This document shows positions 9,107-18,723 of a stretch of DNA of 64,000 nt, one piece after another (position 1 is the stretch's first letter; each line of letters opens with the position of its first letter). Both the position numbers and the translations under genes were made by a program. The stretch is from a virus. Under the pieces are notes generated by a model. That model was given only the letters and a program-made list of their open reading frames with translations, was not told the origin of the DNA and searched no databases. Where the stretch lies: the IMG/VR virus record IMGVR_UViG_3300003773_000042. One strand, 5' to 3'.

Positions 9107-9210
9107 CTAATCGGTAGTCGCTGCAGGTGACAACGCGCGAAGGTTAATAGCGACCCCGCGAGGGCTGCAGTGCAATGAATCGAAAAGCCACCCAGTTGGG
9201 TGGCTTTTTT
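9107..9210 (+). ncRNA. Candidate small structured RNA
   Basis: CTATAC at 9101, no ORF, GTCGCT/AGCGAC helix, CCC-GCGA-GGG tetraloop hairpin, intrinsic terminator at 9183-9210. Confidence 0.35.
9183..9210 (+). terminator. Intrinsic terminator (probably bidirectional)
   Basis: AAAAGCCACCC-AGTT-GGGTGGCTTTTTT. Confidence 0.8.
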
Positions 9211-9266
9211 ATTGGGCGCGCCGACGGCTATACCGTTCAGGATAAACACTCAACTGGAGGCAAGAC

Positions 9267-9545
9267 ATGAATGGGAAGTACATCGTGGTGTTGTTGGATG
9301 GCGACGAAGAGATTTTTACCTTCCCTGAATCGGTTCGACATGACCGTTTTTGGGAGAGCGTCCAGTACATCCGGATGGGCAGTGACGGCAACTGGAAGCG
9401 CGAGTATCGCGATGCTCAAGTCATCGCAGCCGGCTTCGTGCAGGACGGTCGCTGCAGTGGAAAAAGTGACACGTTGAACCTGGAATCCCGCGGAAACATC
9501 GATACCGCGTTGCTGCACGGGCTGCATGCCTTGCGTGCCGCATAA
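9267..9545 (+). CDS. Hypothetical protein
   Basis: CTATACCG at 9228, GGAGG RBS; ends in RAA. Confidence 0.75.
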   Translation: MNGKYIVVLLDGDEEIFTFPESVRHDRFWESVQYIRMGSDGNWKREYRDAQVIAAGFVQDGRCSGKSDTLNLESRGNIDTALLHGLHALRAA

Positions 9546-9604
9546 ACCTCAGCGAGCCCTTGTGGCTCGCTTCCTTTACGAATTTACCTGGCGCCGGAGC
9601 CTGA

Positions 9605-10084
9605 ATGACCAAGAACATCGACCTAGAAGCGCGCTGCCAATATGCGCTCTACAAAATCCTCGGCCTCGAGCGAGCGGCTGAAGCCGATAACGCCAAGCGC
9701 CTGGCGAAAGAATGCGGCCGGCAAAGCCACCCTAACCGAGAGGCTTCTTTGTTGCTGGTCGACGAGCCTGAGCTACTGGAAGCCTTCTTGGCCGGCTTTG
9801 CCGAACGTGAAGAAGCCTTGCGGCCGCGCACGGATGAGGAGCTGGCCGCCGCGATTAAGGAGTTGGAGGAAGCGGCATTCCGCGGTTGTGGCCAGTTTTA
9901 TGAGCTGTTTGAGCAGAACCTGACCAGGTCGGTGAACCGGTGGTTGAGCACCTTGCCAGAACAAAATCGGGAGAAGGCCCTGGAACTTTTGCAGGCCACC
10001 TGCTACAACCCCGACGAAAAGGGTGTTTGGGTGTACGACCAGGAAGAAAACGACATCACATACTACGGTGGTGACGAGGAGTAA
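9605..10084 (+). CDS. Hypothetical acidic protein
   Basis: GGAG RBS, 159-aa ORF. Confidence 0.7.
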   Translation: MTKNIDLEARCQYALYKILGLERAAEADNAKRLAKECGRQSHPNREASLLLVDEPELLEAFLAGFAEREEALRPRTDEELAAAIKELEEAAFRGCGQFYELFEQNLTRSVNRWLSTLPEQNREKALELLQATCYNPDEKGVWVYDQEENDITYYGGDEE

Positions 10085-10105
10085 CCGGTGCGCCGGCCGC
10101 CAGGC

Positions 10106-10474
10106 TTAGATACCGTTCGCAGCCAGGACAGTCCGTGCGTCTTTCTGGCGAAGGAGTAGCTGCTTGACGGCGTACAGCTCGGTATCGAGCGCGCCGGCAA
10201 TGGTGAGTGTCTTGATGGCCACCGTCAGCTCATTGAGTTTGTCGGCCAATTCGTATGCATTGCGCAGTTCACCCTTGAAGCCCAGCAGGGCTGCGGTCGG
10301 AGTGAACGACCCAGATGCCTTCCCTTCGACGATAAACCCAAGCTGGAGCAGCCGCTGCGCAATTGCGTGAGCAGGGAATGCCTGGCGCCCTGTTTCATGA
10401 GCTTCACAAATGCTCAGCGCGGCTTCACAAATGCTCAGCGCGGCTTCGCGCTCATCCTGGGTCAATGCGTACAT
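10106..10474 (-). CDS. Hypothetical protein with an in-frame 21-bp tandem duplication
   Basis: Minus-strand CTATAC at 10512-10517, AAGGA RBS; AALSICE is repeated. Confidence 0.65.
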   Translation of the reverse strand: MYALTQDEREAALSICEAALSICEAHETGRQAFPAHAIAQRLLQLGFIVEGKASGSFTPTAALLGFKGELRNAYELADKLNELTVAIKTLTIAGALDTELYAVKQLLLRQKDARTVLAANGI

Positions 10475-10592
10475 GGTCGGTTCCTTATTGGGCTGATTGT
10501 CTTGAAGCGAAGTATAGGAGTCTGCGTGCCGGCCACCCTATACCGAAAAGGACATTCAACCGCTCGAGAGAGCCAACTATAGAGGAAAAATC

Positions 10593-11279
10593 ATGTCGAT
10601 GACATTTGAACAATGGAAACGCCGTCCGGTGTACGTGGCGCAGTGCCACACCTGGGCATTGGCCGCAAAGCTGGATGTATGCTGCGTTCGCTTCCGCTGC
10701 CTGCCGGCATATCGTGACGCAGAAGCCCGCGTGGCGCGCCGCATTGTTGCGGAAGCAGTACGCGCTGAACGTGCGGAACGTCGTGGCCAGGCAAAACCTA
10801 CATCTGCAGGTTCTGGTTTGACCTGGTTCTGGTCCTTTGCTGGACCACGTGTAACGTACGGTGGTGCGGTTGTGCGGCATGACTTGCGTAGGGCTGCGCT
10901 TTCAGTTCTGACTGCCGGAAACTACGGGGAAATATTTGCTGAGATGAATAACATCCCACCAGTATTCCTCGCAGATATCCCGAGCGCACCTGAGCCGAAG
11001 TTCGAGCTGAAGGGGGATTGGGGCAGACTCACAATCTGCACGGCGCCTTCCGGTCAGGCTAAGCCAGGGGACGAGATGTATGCGGCCAAGACCCGCGGCA
11101 TGTATGTGCTGCGGCAAGAGCGATTCCGTCAGCAGCTGCATGATACCGGTGTCGAGCATCCGCACGATGTTTGTGCGGTAGCCCGGTCGGTTCAGGAGCT
11201 CTATGACATGGTCAATCCCCACTGGCAAAACGTGGACTTCTCCGCGGTCGCAGCTGACCTGAAGGAACTTCCACAGTAA
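10593..11279 (+). CDS. Hypothetical protein
   Basis: CTATACCGAAAAGGAC at 10538, GAGGA RBS, terminator after the stop. Confidence 0.75.
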   Translation: MSMTFEQWKRRPVYVAQCHTWALAAKLDVCCVRFRCLPAYRDAEARVARRIVAEAVRAERAERRGQAKPTSAGSGLTWFWSFAGPRVTYGGAVVRHDLRRAALSVLTAGNYGEIFAEMNNIPPVFLADIPSAPEPKFELKGDWGRLTICTAPSGQAKPGDEMYAAKTRGMYVLRQERFRQQLHDTGVEHPHDVCAVARSVQELYDMVNPHWQNVDFSAVAADLKELPQ

Positions 11280-11454
11280 CGACTCCCGGCCCCGCTCAGC
11301 ATCGCTGACGGGGCTTTTTCACGTAGCTATCTGTCTTTTTTCCATACAACTGTTGTCTCCTTTTCAGACAGGTGAGGTGGAGCTAAATAGCTATTCTACG
11401 ATATACTATGTGTAGGACACTATTTTGCATATTTATCAATTTTAGGAGGTAATA

Positions 11455-12027
11455 ATGAGCAATGCGCATCTGGGCTTCATGGGCGACGGTACTTACGCGC
11501 CAGAAAACACGGATAAAGCCCGCCTGGACTTCATGTACCTGAATCCCGGAAAAGTGAAGAACCTGAAGGGAGGAGTGGCTGCCGCCGATGTCGACGGCTA
11601 CTGGCAACCGAACCTTCGTGCCGCCATCGATGCGGCGATTGAGGCGGGGCGCCGGGCGCGGGGCATTAAACCGGTTGAGGTGGTCCGGATTCCAACCAGT
11701 GAAGTGCCCGAGCTTCGCCTGCGCTGCTTCTACATGAGCGTTCATCGTGTTGCTGGCAAATCTCACTTCGATTTGGTCGACCCTGACGGTAGTGTGTCGG
11801 GCCGGCTCCAAGGTTGGCTGAGCGAGCGCGATGACCAGGGAAATCCAACGCTGCGTCACCTGGTCATTGAGGACCGCGCCGGCGAGCATCGTTTTGTCGC
11901 ACAAAGCCGTGGGCAAATTGCCAGCTTCATGGGCACCAACATCACCTTTGAAACGGTGGACAGTTTTGACCGCGTCAAACCAAACCCCGGTGTGGTAGAG
12001 ATGATGGCCGAGATGGTCCCCGAGTAA
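11455..12027 (+). CDS. Hypothetical protein
   Basis: AGGAGG RBS after an AT-rich promoter region. Confidence 0.75.
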   Translation: MSNAHLGFMGDGTYAPENTDKARLDFMYLNPGKVKNLKGGVAAADVDGYWQPNLRAAIDAAIEAGRRARGIKPVEVVRIPTSEVPELRLRCFYMSVHRVAGKSHFDLVDPDGSVSGRLQGWLSERDDQGNPTLRHLVIEDRAGEHRFVAQSRGQIASFMGTNITFETVDSFDRVKPNPGVVEMMAEMVPE

Positions 12028-12117
12028 ATCTCACAGCCGCAGCTCTTCGAGTTGCGGTTTTCTTTTGCCGGCGCCGCGGCTATACCGAGAAGGACAACTT
12101 ACTTTTCGGAGGAAATT

Positions 12118-12555
12118 ATGAGCAACAAGACCTACACCATTTCGGCAATCTACACCGACAACAAGCAGCGCTACGCGCCCAACGGTGTCGGTGAAACGGT
12201 CACGGAAGCCGTTATCGATGCCATTCGCCAGGCACGTGCAGACAACAAGTGCAGCACGCAAATGCTGGATGTGTTTGCTGTCTTTGAAGGGGAGCACGAA
12301 TGCCGGGATATCACGGTAACGTATTCGACTGAACGGCCGAAACGTGTGCGCTGCCGGGCGAAACATGAGCGTCCGTTTACGGTCGCCCATGAGACTGGCG
12401 CATTTCACGTCGAAGCGCTTAATGCCATAGAAGCCGAGCTCATGTACGATGAAGGTAAGGTTTCGGGCGTTTTCCGCGGCCACCTGACAAACCTGGCGCA
12501 CGAAATCAACTGGTGCGCTGTGCACTGGGCGGTGAACATGAATGCAGCAGCGTAA
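12118..12555 (+). CDS. Hypothetical protein
   Basis: CTATACCGAGAAGGAC at 12080, GGAGG RBS before ATG12118; ends in AAA. Confidence 0.75.
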   Translation: MSNKTYTISAIYTDNKQRYAPNGVGETVTEAVIDAIRQARADNKCSTQMLDVFAVFEGEHECRDITVTYSTERPKRVRCRAKHERPFTVAHETGAFHVEALNAIEAELMYDEGKVSGVFRGHLTNLAHEINWCAVHWAVNMNAAA

Positions 12556-12641
12556 TACAACTCAAAAGCGAGCCGCAGGGCTCGCTTTCATTTGCTCAAC
12601 CAAACGAAAAGAAAACCCCCGGCAAAGCGAGGGTTTGAGGG

Positions 12642-13163
12642 TTAAGCAGCAGCTGGATACCAGACCTTGTCGGCTGGCCAGGATTTCATATCTTCTTCAG
12701 TCGGCCAGGTGTCGTGCACATAGCGATGGAACATCGGCAGCTCAAAAAAGCTCGAGACACCGGTGTCGCACTCAGCATCGAAATGCAGCCATGAGTCGCC
12801 TGGACCTACCTTAGCAACTACCCAGATGTGGGCGCCGAAGCTGATGGCGTTCAGTTTCTTCCAGGTTGTGCCGGACGGAGGTTTGATATTCCAGTGCTCG
12901 CGGAGCAGCTTGGAATCCCAGTCTTCATTGGTTTCATAGTCTTTATAGAAACCAGCGGTCTCGACCGCATACAGGTTGTCGCTTTCAGCGATACCCCAAC
13001 CCCGCAGCTTTGCTAGTACATCCTCGGCGAAGTCTTCGCACAGGCCGTTGTTGATTTCGAACAGCGACATGCGTACGCCCGGCCGGACTTCCTGCTTTAC
13101 CAGGTAGACGGTTCGGACTTCTTGAATTGCCTGCAGAATGGTTTGTTGCGAAAGCTCACGCAT
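12642..13163 (-). CDS. Hypothetical protein
   Basis: Minus-strand CTATACCGAGTAGGAC at 13184-13199, AAGGAG RBS; ends in AAA. Confidence 0.75.
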   Translation of the reverse strand: MRELSQQTILQAIQEVRTVYLVKQEVRPGVRMSLFEINNGLCEDFAEDVLAKLRGWGIAESDNLYAVETAGFYKDYETNEDWDSKLLREHWNIKPPSGTTWKKLNAISFGAHIWVVAKVGPGDSWLHFDAECDTGVSSFFELPMFHRYVHDTWPTEEDMKSWPADKVWYPAAA

Positions 13164-13231
13164 AGTGGAACTCCTTTGAATTTGTCCTACTCGGTATAGG
13201 AGTTCTAAAGGAGCTGCGCGCGCGCCAGGCG

Positions 13232-13630
13232 CTATTGCTGGCGTTGGGCGCGGACCGCGTCACCAAACCGTGTAGTGGTGTGCCGGCCGAACCCTTGCGA
13301 CCGTACCAGCCCGGCATCAACCAGGCGCGCCATCATCTCCTTCGAGACATCGTGCCCGCCGGCGCAGCTGTCTTCGCAGCAGTCACAGAAGCGGTGGAAG
13401 GCTTCTAGTTCAGTCTCGCTGATGTTGACCATGGGAGTGGCCGGCAATGGCTGGCCCTGGCTTTCCAGAACAGAGCGCGCGACCCAGGCGCTGTCTACTG
13501 CACGGAGGCGGTCGTAGTGGGAGATTTCCAGGTGGCCGTTTAGCATGCCCAGGAAGAATTCCCGGATGCCCGAGGCAAACCGTGGGAGATTGACGGTATT
13601 TTCAGCTGTGCTGGCTTCCAGGGAATCCAT
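13232..13630 (-). CDS. Hypothetical protein
   Basis: Start MDSLEAS after AAAGG; C-terminal wHTH-like LVDAGLVRSQGFGRHTTTRFG. Confidence 0.6.
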   Translation of the reverse strand: MDSLEASTAENTVNLPRFASGIREFFLGMLNGHLEISHYDRLRAVDSAWVARSVLESQGQPLPATPMVNISETELEAFHRFCDCCEDSCAGGHDVSKEMMARLVDAGLVRSQGFGRHTTTRFGDAVRAQRQQ

Positions 13631-13661
13631 GGTGGCGCCTTTGATTGAAAGGTAGTATGGG

Positions 13662-13901
13662 TTAGTAGTGAGTTTTGAGCGCATTGCGCTCCAGGAGGTC
13701 ATGGCGATATTGGTCGAAGTCCACGAATTGGCCGTCGGCATCGCGGAGCACCCATTTGTCCGTAAACGGATTGCCGTTCGGTGAATTTCCGGACTCCCGG
13801 CGCATAGTGAAGCCGCTTCCGCTTGCGAAACCCTCTTCGACACCAGCCTGCGGAATCATGACGTTCGGCGCCGGCGTGCGATTGGAAGTTACCTGGTTCA
13901 T
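13662..13901 (-). CDS. Small hypothetical protein
   Basis: AGGA RBS, co-oriented with the 13232 ORF. Confidence 0.55.
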   Translation of the reverse strand: MNQVTSNRTPAPNVMIPQAGVEEGFASGSGFTMRRESGNSPNGNPFTDKWVLRDADGQFVDFDQYRHDLLERNALKTHY

Positions 13902-14613
13902 TTACTGCATCCTTTGGCGTTGATTATGCTCGGTCCACAGCTCGCGCCTGGCCTGGTTCTCAATGGAGACACACTGACAGGCGTGCATACCTGCGCAGCC
14001 GCAGATGGCCACCATGCGCGTGGTCACGTCAGCGCCAGAAATGGGGCCGCAGTCCGGGCGCCGCGCTATGCAGCGCGCCTGGTTGACACCAGAGTTGTCG
14101 AATTTCGAAAGCATCTTGCGGTTCTGGTTCAGTAGCGCAGAGCTGGTTTTTCGGGAATGACCGGGATGGCCATCGTGCGAGTACGGTACGGGTCGTTCAC
14201 GTGCTTGACCGCGCCAGAAAAGCTGAAGAGTCGTCCGGCCGGAGGATTTCGCGAAGCGGGCGCGGCCGACATCGAAGGATGGCTATTTTTTACGGGAGAC
14301 TGACCAATCCCGCTATGTGCGTTCGAATTCGAGCTCATGGCGTGCGCGTCCTATTCCTAGAGGGTGCCTGGGGTATCAAGAAGGCTGCTTAAAATTACGG
14401 TGATTTCCATCATTATATCACAAAATGACGCGAAGCTTGCGATTTGCTCGATTAATGATATACTGTGAAATGTGTAATTCGTCAAGTTGGCGATACCCTA
14501 CGGTCTCCGCAGTCTTGCGGAGTTTGTTTTCACAGATAGCTTCCAAGGAGTACGGAGCCCCGCGCGCATCGTGAGCGAGCTATCCGCTTGTCGCCACAGG
14601 CTTCATTGAACCT

Positions 14614-15165
14614 ATGTCCCAAAAAGGCCCAATCAACCAGAAGGCAGTGATTGCCTACTGCCACAAAGACAAGTCTTACCAGAAGGCGATTGAACTGGCT
14701 AAAAAGCTGTACGCAAAGCGTAAGCGCAAATACTCCGGCGTCGCTTACTGGAGCCATCCGTTGACCGTCGCTTCTCTGTTGCTGGAAGTCGGTGTGGCGA
14801 GCGAAGCCATGGTCGCATCGGCGCTGCAGGACACCCTGACCCACTCCACCCTGAAAGAAGCAACCATCCGCGCAGAATTTGGCGATGTGGTCGCAGACAT
14901 GGTGCTGGTGCTGACCCCTCTGTCGGGCGAGCTTGAAGCTCTGGCGTTTGCCGCCTATAAAGCCAAGCTGGCTGGCGCCAGCCCAGAAGTCCAGACCATC
15001 AAGCTGGCCTCCATCCTGGACGACCTGTGTGCCATTCCGACTTCGAAGGTGTCCGCCGAATCCGAATTCATCGACAACTGCGCTGAGCTGGCCGGCGTGC
15101 TGACCCTGGGCAATGCCGAACTCGCGCGCCGCGTGCAGTCGGTTATCCGTCTCGCGCGCTCCTGA
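14614..15165 (+). CDS. RelA/SpoT-hydrolase-like (Mesh1/SAH-like) HD-domain protein with a degenerate active site
   Basis: RKYSGVAYWSHPLTVA...ASALQDTLTHS...AEFGDVVADMVLVLT...IKLASILDD follows the (p)ppGpp hydrolase HD fold, but HD reads QD. Confidence 0.7.
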   Translation: MSQKGPINQKAVIAYCHKDKSYQKAIELAKKLYAKRKRKYSGVAYWSHPLTVASLLLEVGVASEAMVASALQDTLTHSTLKEATIRAEFGDVVADMVLVLTPLSGELEALAFAAYKAKLAGASPEVQTIKLASILDDLCAIPTSKVSAESEFIDNCAELAGVLTLGNAELARRVQSVIRLARS

Positions 15166-15245
15166 CCAGGCGAACAAAAAGGAGGGCTCAGGCCCTCCTG
15201 CTCGTTTAAGCCAACTGGCCGAGAAGGCCGTAATTCAGGAGTTTT

Positions 15246-17789
15246 ATGATGTTGAAGTGTTTTACCAATTGGAAGAAAGAGCGAAAGCTCAAGGGATACC
15301 GTGCCCTTTTGGAGCAAGTAAATGCGCTCGAATGGCACCGTCGGGTAGGGTCACCGGTAACGGTCGACGAGCTCCGGCTGAAGTTTGAGGACATTAAGGC
15401 CAAGGTCGACGCAGGTGCGTTGGTCGAGTCCATGCTTCCCGAGGTGTTTGCTGCAGTGCGCGAGGGCGCCAAGCTGGTTCTTAAGTTGCGCCCGTACGAC
15501 GTGCAGGTGTTGGGCGGCTTGGTGCTGTGCAACGGCGCCATTGCAGAGATGGCCACCGGTGAAGGTAAAACCTTGACCGCAGTATTCGCTGCCTACGTCC
15601 AGTACCTGAAAGGCCGCCAGGTGCACGTCTGCACCGCAAACGAATACCTGGCGCAGCGCGATGCAAACGCCATGTTCCAGCTGTACCAGCTGATGGGGGT
15701 GAGTGTTGCTGTTACCCGCCAGGCACAAGAGACGGCAGAAAAGCAGCTGGTGTACAGCTGCGACGTCGTTTATGGCACCCATTCGACGTTTGCCATGGAC
15801 TACCTGGCCGACCACCTCGCTCGCCATCCGAACGAAGTCGTTCAGACCCGCGGCCTGGGCTTTGCACTGGTTGATGAGGCCGACTCCGTGCTCATCGACG
15901 AAGCTCGCGTTCCTGTAGTGCTGACTGCGAGCAGCCCGGTTAGCGCCGAGCTCTACCAGATGATTTCCAGGTGGGCCACACAGTTGACGCGCGCTCCGGA
16001 TGCAGACGGGGAAGGGCACTTCTGGATTGACGGTAAAGACCGTCAGGCCGTGCTGACCGACGCCGGCTACGATGCCGTGAATGAATTGCTGATTGGCGCC
16101 GGATTGCTGTCCTCCAATGAAGAGGAACACTACACGGCGGACCACCAGCGCCTGCTGCATAAAGTATCGGCCGCGCTTGCCGCACGCCACATCCTGCACC
16201 GCGACCAGCATTACGTCGTCCAGGACGGCGCCATCGTGCTGGTTGATGAACTGACCGGGCGCCTGGTGCCGGGCCGCAGCTGGAGCGCAGGCCTGCAGCA
16301 AGCACTCGAAGCCAAGGAAGGTGTCGAACTGTCGCCCGAAAGCACGGTTCTGGGTCGCATCACGCTGCAAGCCTACTTCAAGCTGTATGAAGCAATGTCT
16401 GGCATGACCGGCACGGCATCGACCGAAGCAGAAGAACTGGCAGCAGTGTACGGTCTGGACGTCATCCAGATTCCCTCCAACAAGCCCCGTGTCCGCGTGG
16501 ACGAGCCGGACCGGTTCTACCGCACACAAACGGCGAAGATGGACGCTGTCGTCGCCGACGTGGTCGCCCGCCATGCCAAGGGGCAGCCGGTACTGATTGG
16601 CACTGCTTCCATTGAGCAGTCGGAGCAGCTATCGGCCATCCTTTCGGCCAAGGGCTTGAAGCACGAAGTCTTGAATGCCCGTGAGCACGAACGCGAAGCT
16701 GACATCATCTCCCAGGCCGGCGCGCCAGGTGCCATCACCGTATCGACGAACATGTCCGGCCGCGGCGTGGACATCATCTTGGGTGGCAACCCGGATGGCG
16801 AGCTTCGCCGCCAATGGAATGAGATGGGCGAGGAAGCCTGGAACGCGTTGAGCGCCGATGAACAGAAGGCCTTGGTCTTCTCGATTCGCGCGGTGCAGAC
16901 GGTGGCTGCGGAAAAGGTTCGCCAAGTCGGCGGGTTGCATATCATCGGCATGGAACGCTACGAGTCCCGCCGGATGGACCAGCAGCTGCGCGGCCGCGCG
17001 GGCCGCCAGGGTGACCCGGGCAGCTCCTGCTTCTACATCTCGTTCGAAGACCCGCTGGTAGAGAACTTCGCTGGCGAACGCCTGCGCGGCTTGCTTGCTC
17101 AGCTGGACATCAAGCCCGGCGACGAGCTGGAGTCCGTCCTGGTCAAGAAAGCGGTCGATTCGGCGCAGCGCCAGACTGAAGGCCGTGCCGCCGATGCTCG
17201 CAAGCAGCTCATCAAGTTCGATGAAGTGCTGGATAAGCAGCGCAAGGTGATTTATGCCCAGCGCGACGGCATTCTGCGCTCCGACGGCCTGCACGACTGG
17301 ATTGTCCAGCTGCGGGACGAGCAAGCTGAACTGCTCTGTGAGCGGTTCGCACCGGAGAACGAAGTGCCAGAAGCTTGGGACTTGAAGGGCCTAAGCAAAG
17401 CGCTGGCTACGTTTGGCGTGACGCTGGCGCCGGACGAAGCGTTGCGCGACATGGAACCTAAAGACCTGCTGGCCAAGGTGAAATCCCTCATGGCCGACCA
17501 GCATGCCCAGGTAGCTTCGCAAGTTCCTGCCGAGAACCTGGAAAACGCCGAACGCTTCGTTGTGCTTTCCATGATGGACCGCAGCTGGTTTGCTCACTTG
17601 GAAGACCTGGCCGAGCTGCGCCAAGGCATCAACCTGCGAGTACACGCCAAAGAGGACCCGCAGCAGGCCTACAAGAAAGACGCCTTCCATATGTTCGAGC
17701 GCATGTTGGGCGACATCAAGGTGGGATTGGTCAGCCAGGCCCTGACCTGGCGCCTCAGCGCTGGGCCGGCCGACACCCCGGCAGCGTAA
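15246..17789 (+). CDS. secA: Plasmid-borne SecA-family translocase ATPase (847 aa, no C-terminal Zn tail)
   Basis: MATGEGKT, VDEADSVLIDEAR, LQQALEAKE, GMTGTA, TNMSGRGVDI, QLRGRAGRQGDPG. Confidence 0.95.
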   Translation: MMLKCFTNWKKERKLKGYRALLEQVNALEWHRRVGSPVTVDELRLKFEDIKAKVDAGALVESMLPEVFAAVREGAKLVLKLRPYDVQVLGGLVLCNGAIAEMATGEGKTLTAVFAAYVQYLKGRQVHVCTANEYLAQRDANAMFQLYQLMGVSVAVTRQAQETAEKQLVYSCDVVYGTHSTFAMDYLADHLARHPNEVVQTRGLGFALVDEADSVLIDEARVPVVLTASSPVSAELYQMISRWATQLTRAPDADGEGHFWIDGKDRQAVLTDAGYDAVNELLIGAGLLSSNEEEHYTADHQRLLHKVSAALAARHILHRDQHYVVQDGAIVLVDELTGRLVPGRSWSAGLQQALEAKEGVELSPESTVLGRITLQAYFKLYEAMSGMTGTASTEAEELAAVYGLDVIQIPSNKPRVRVDEPDRFYRTQTAKMDAVVADVVARHAKGQPVLIGTASIEQSEQLSAILSAKGLKHEVLNAREHEREADIISQAGAPGAITVSTNMSGRGVDIILGGNPDGELRRQWNEMGEEAWNALSADEQKALVFSIRAVQTVAAEKVRQVGGLHIIGMERYESRRMDQQLRGRAGRQGDPGSSCFYISFEDPLVENFAGERLRGLLAQLDIKPGDELESVLVKKAVDSAQRQTEGRAADARKQLIKFDEVLDKQRKVIYAQRDGILRSDGLHDWIVQLRDEQAELLCERFAPENEVPEAWDLKGLSKALATFGVTLAPDEALRDMEPKDLLAKVKSLMADQHAQVASQVPAENLENAERFVVLSMMDRSWFAHLEDLAELRQGINLRVHAKEDPQQAYKKDAFHMFERMLGDIKVGLVSQALTWRLSAGPADTPAA

Positions 17790-17822
17790 CCGCAAGGAGG
17801 CACGAAGTAGGTAGAAATGCAT

Positions 17823-17839
17823 TTCTTCCTATACTAAAA
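17823..17839 (+). promoter_or_regulatory. 17-bp promoter-like element TTCTTCCTATACTAAAA
   Basis: Exact repeat at 22771-22787; each copy lies at the head of a block of pilus genes. Confidence 0.65.
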
Positions 17840-17960
17840 ATCGTGCCTCCGAGCAGTTGCTTTGCTCGGCTTAATTTTTATGCAATCGGATACACAAGTG
17901 ACGACACCTTCCACTCATAACACGGGTGCCTTGCGCCCTGCAGTAGGCATCCGTAAAGGG

Positions 17961-18701
17961 ATGAAGTGCCTGGTTTTGGCCTCTATTTTTATGGCAGCAA
18001 CGACCGGCGCACGCGCTGACGTTTTCGGCGGCGGCGCCGCCTCCGCCCCAAAAGCTGAAGCCGCAGCGCTGCTCGAACGCATCGCAGCCATGGAGCGCGA
18101 AATCAAGGAGCTGAAGGAAAAGGGTCCTGTGGCTAATCCGAATTCTGGCGGCCAGCCGGGCGTCAAGCAGCCTGGCGGCAAGACTGCTGGGCATAAGGCC
18201 GGCCTGAAACTGCCGCCGCCACCTCCGGGTCTCGACGGTCTGCCATCGGGTGGCTCCGACGAGCGCGAGCGCATGCTGGTGCAGAAAGAGCTGACCCACG
18301 AGGTGATTGGCACCGTCAACGGCAAGCTCATGGTCCGTGACGGCGACGCACGATTCATTCTGAGCCAGGAAGAATTCACTGCATTCGAGAAGAAGAAGCG
18401 CGAAAAGGTGGTTGCTCGAATGAAGCTCGAAGCCATGACCGAGGGCGATGGCGGCCGGGTGAATTTCCCGCAACTTAGCCAGCTGCCACCCCCTCCTCCA
18501 GATATTTCAGGCGCCGCGGCTGACACCGTCAATACGGGAGCCGCGGCTGTAGGCCGGGCCGCTCAAGTTGTGGAGCAGAGCCGGGCGATTGAAGCCAATG
18601 GTGGTCGCTTGCCCTCGCCGCCTCCTGGCGCGACCCCAGCAAAGAATACGGGAGCTGCATCCGCAGCACAGCCTAAACCGGCCCCTACTGTGAAGAAGTA
18701 A
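17961..18701 (+). CDS. Exported Pro-rich pilus accessory protein (PilP-like position)
   Basis: Signal peptide MKCLVLASIFMAATTGARA, coiled coil, poly-Pro; sits before the secretin; alternative start at 17880. Confidence 0.6.
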   Translation: MKCLVLASIFMAATTGARADVFGGGAASAPKAEAAALLERIAAMEREIKELKEKGPVANPNSGGQPGVKQPGGKTAGHKAGLKLPPPPPGLDGLPSGGSDERERMLVQKELTHEVIGTVNGKLMVRDGDARFILSQEEFTAFEKKKREKVVARMKLEAMTEGDGGRVNFPQLSQLPPPPPDISGAAADTVNTGAAAVGRAAQVVEQSRAIEANGGRLPSPPPGATPAKNTGAASAAQPKPAPTVKK

Positions 18702-18723
18702 ATAAGGTACCTCTAGGATTAAC

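Noticed and set aside
13902-14338. Two short minus-strand ORFs
   Set aside because: Different frames, no motif, and no evidence for a programmed frameshift.
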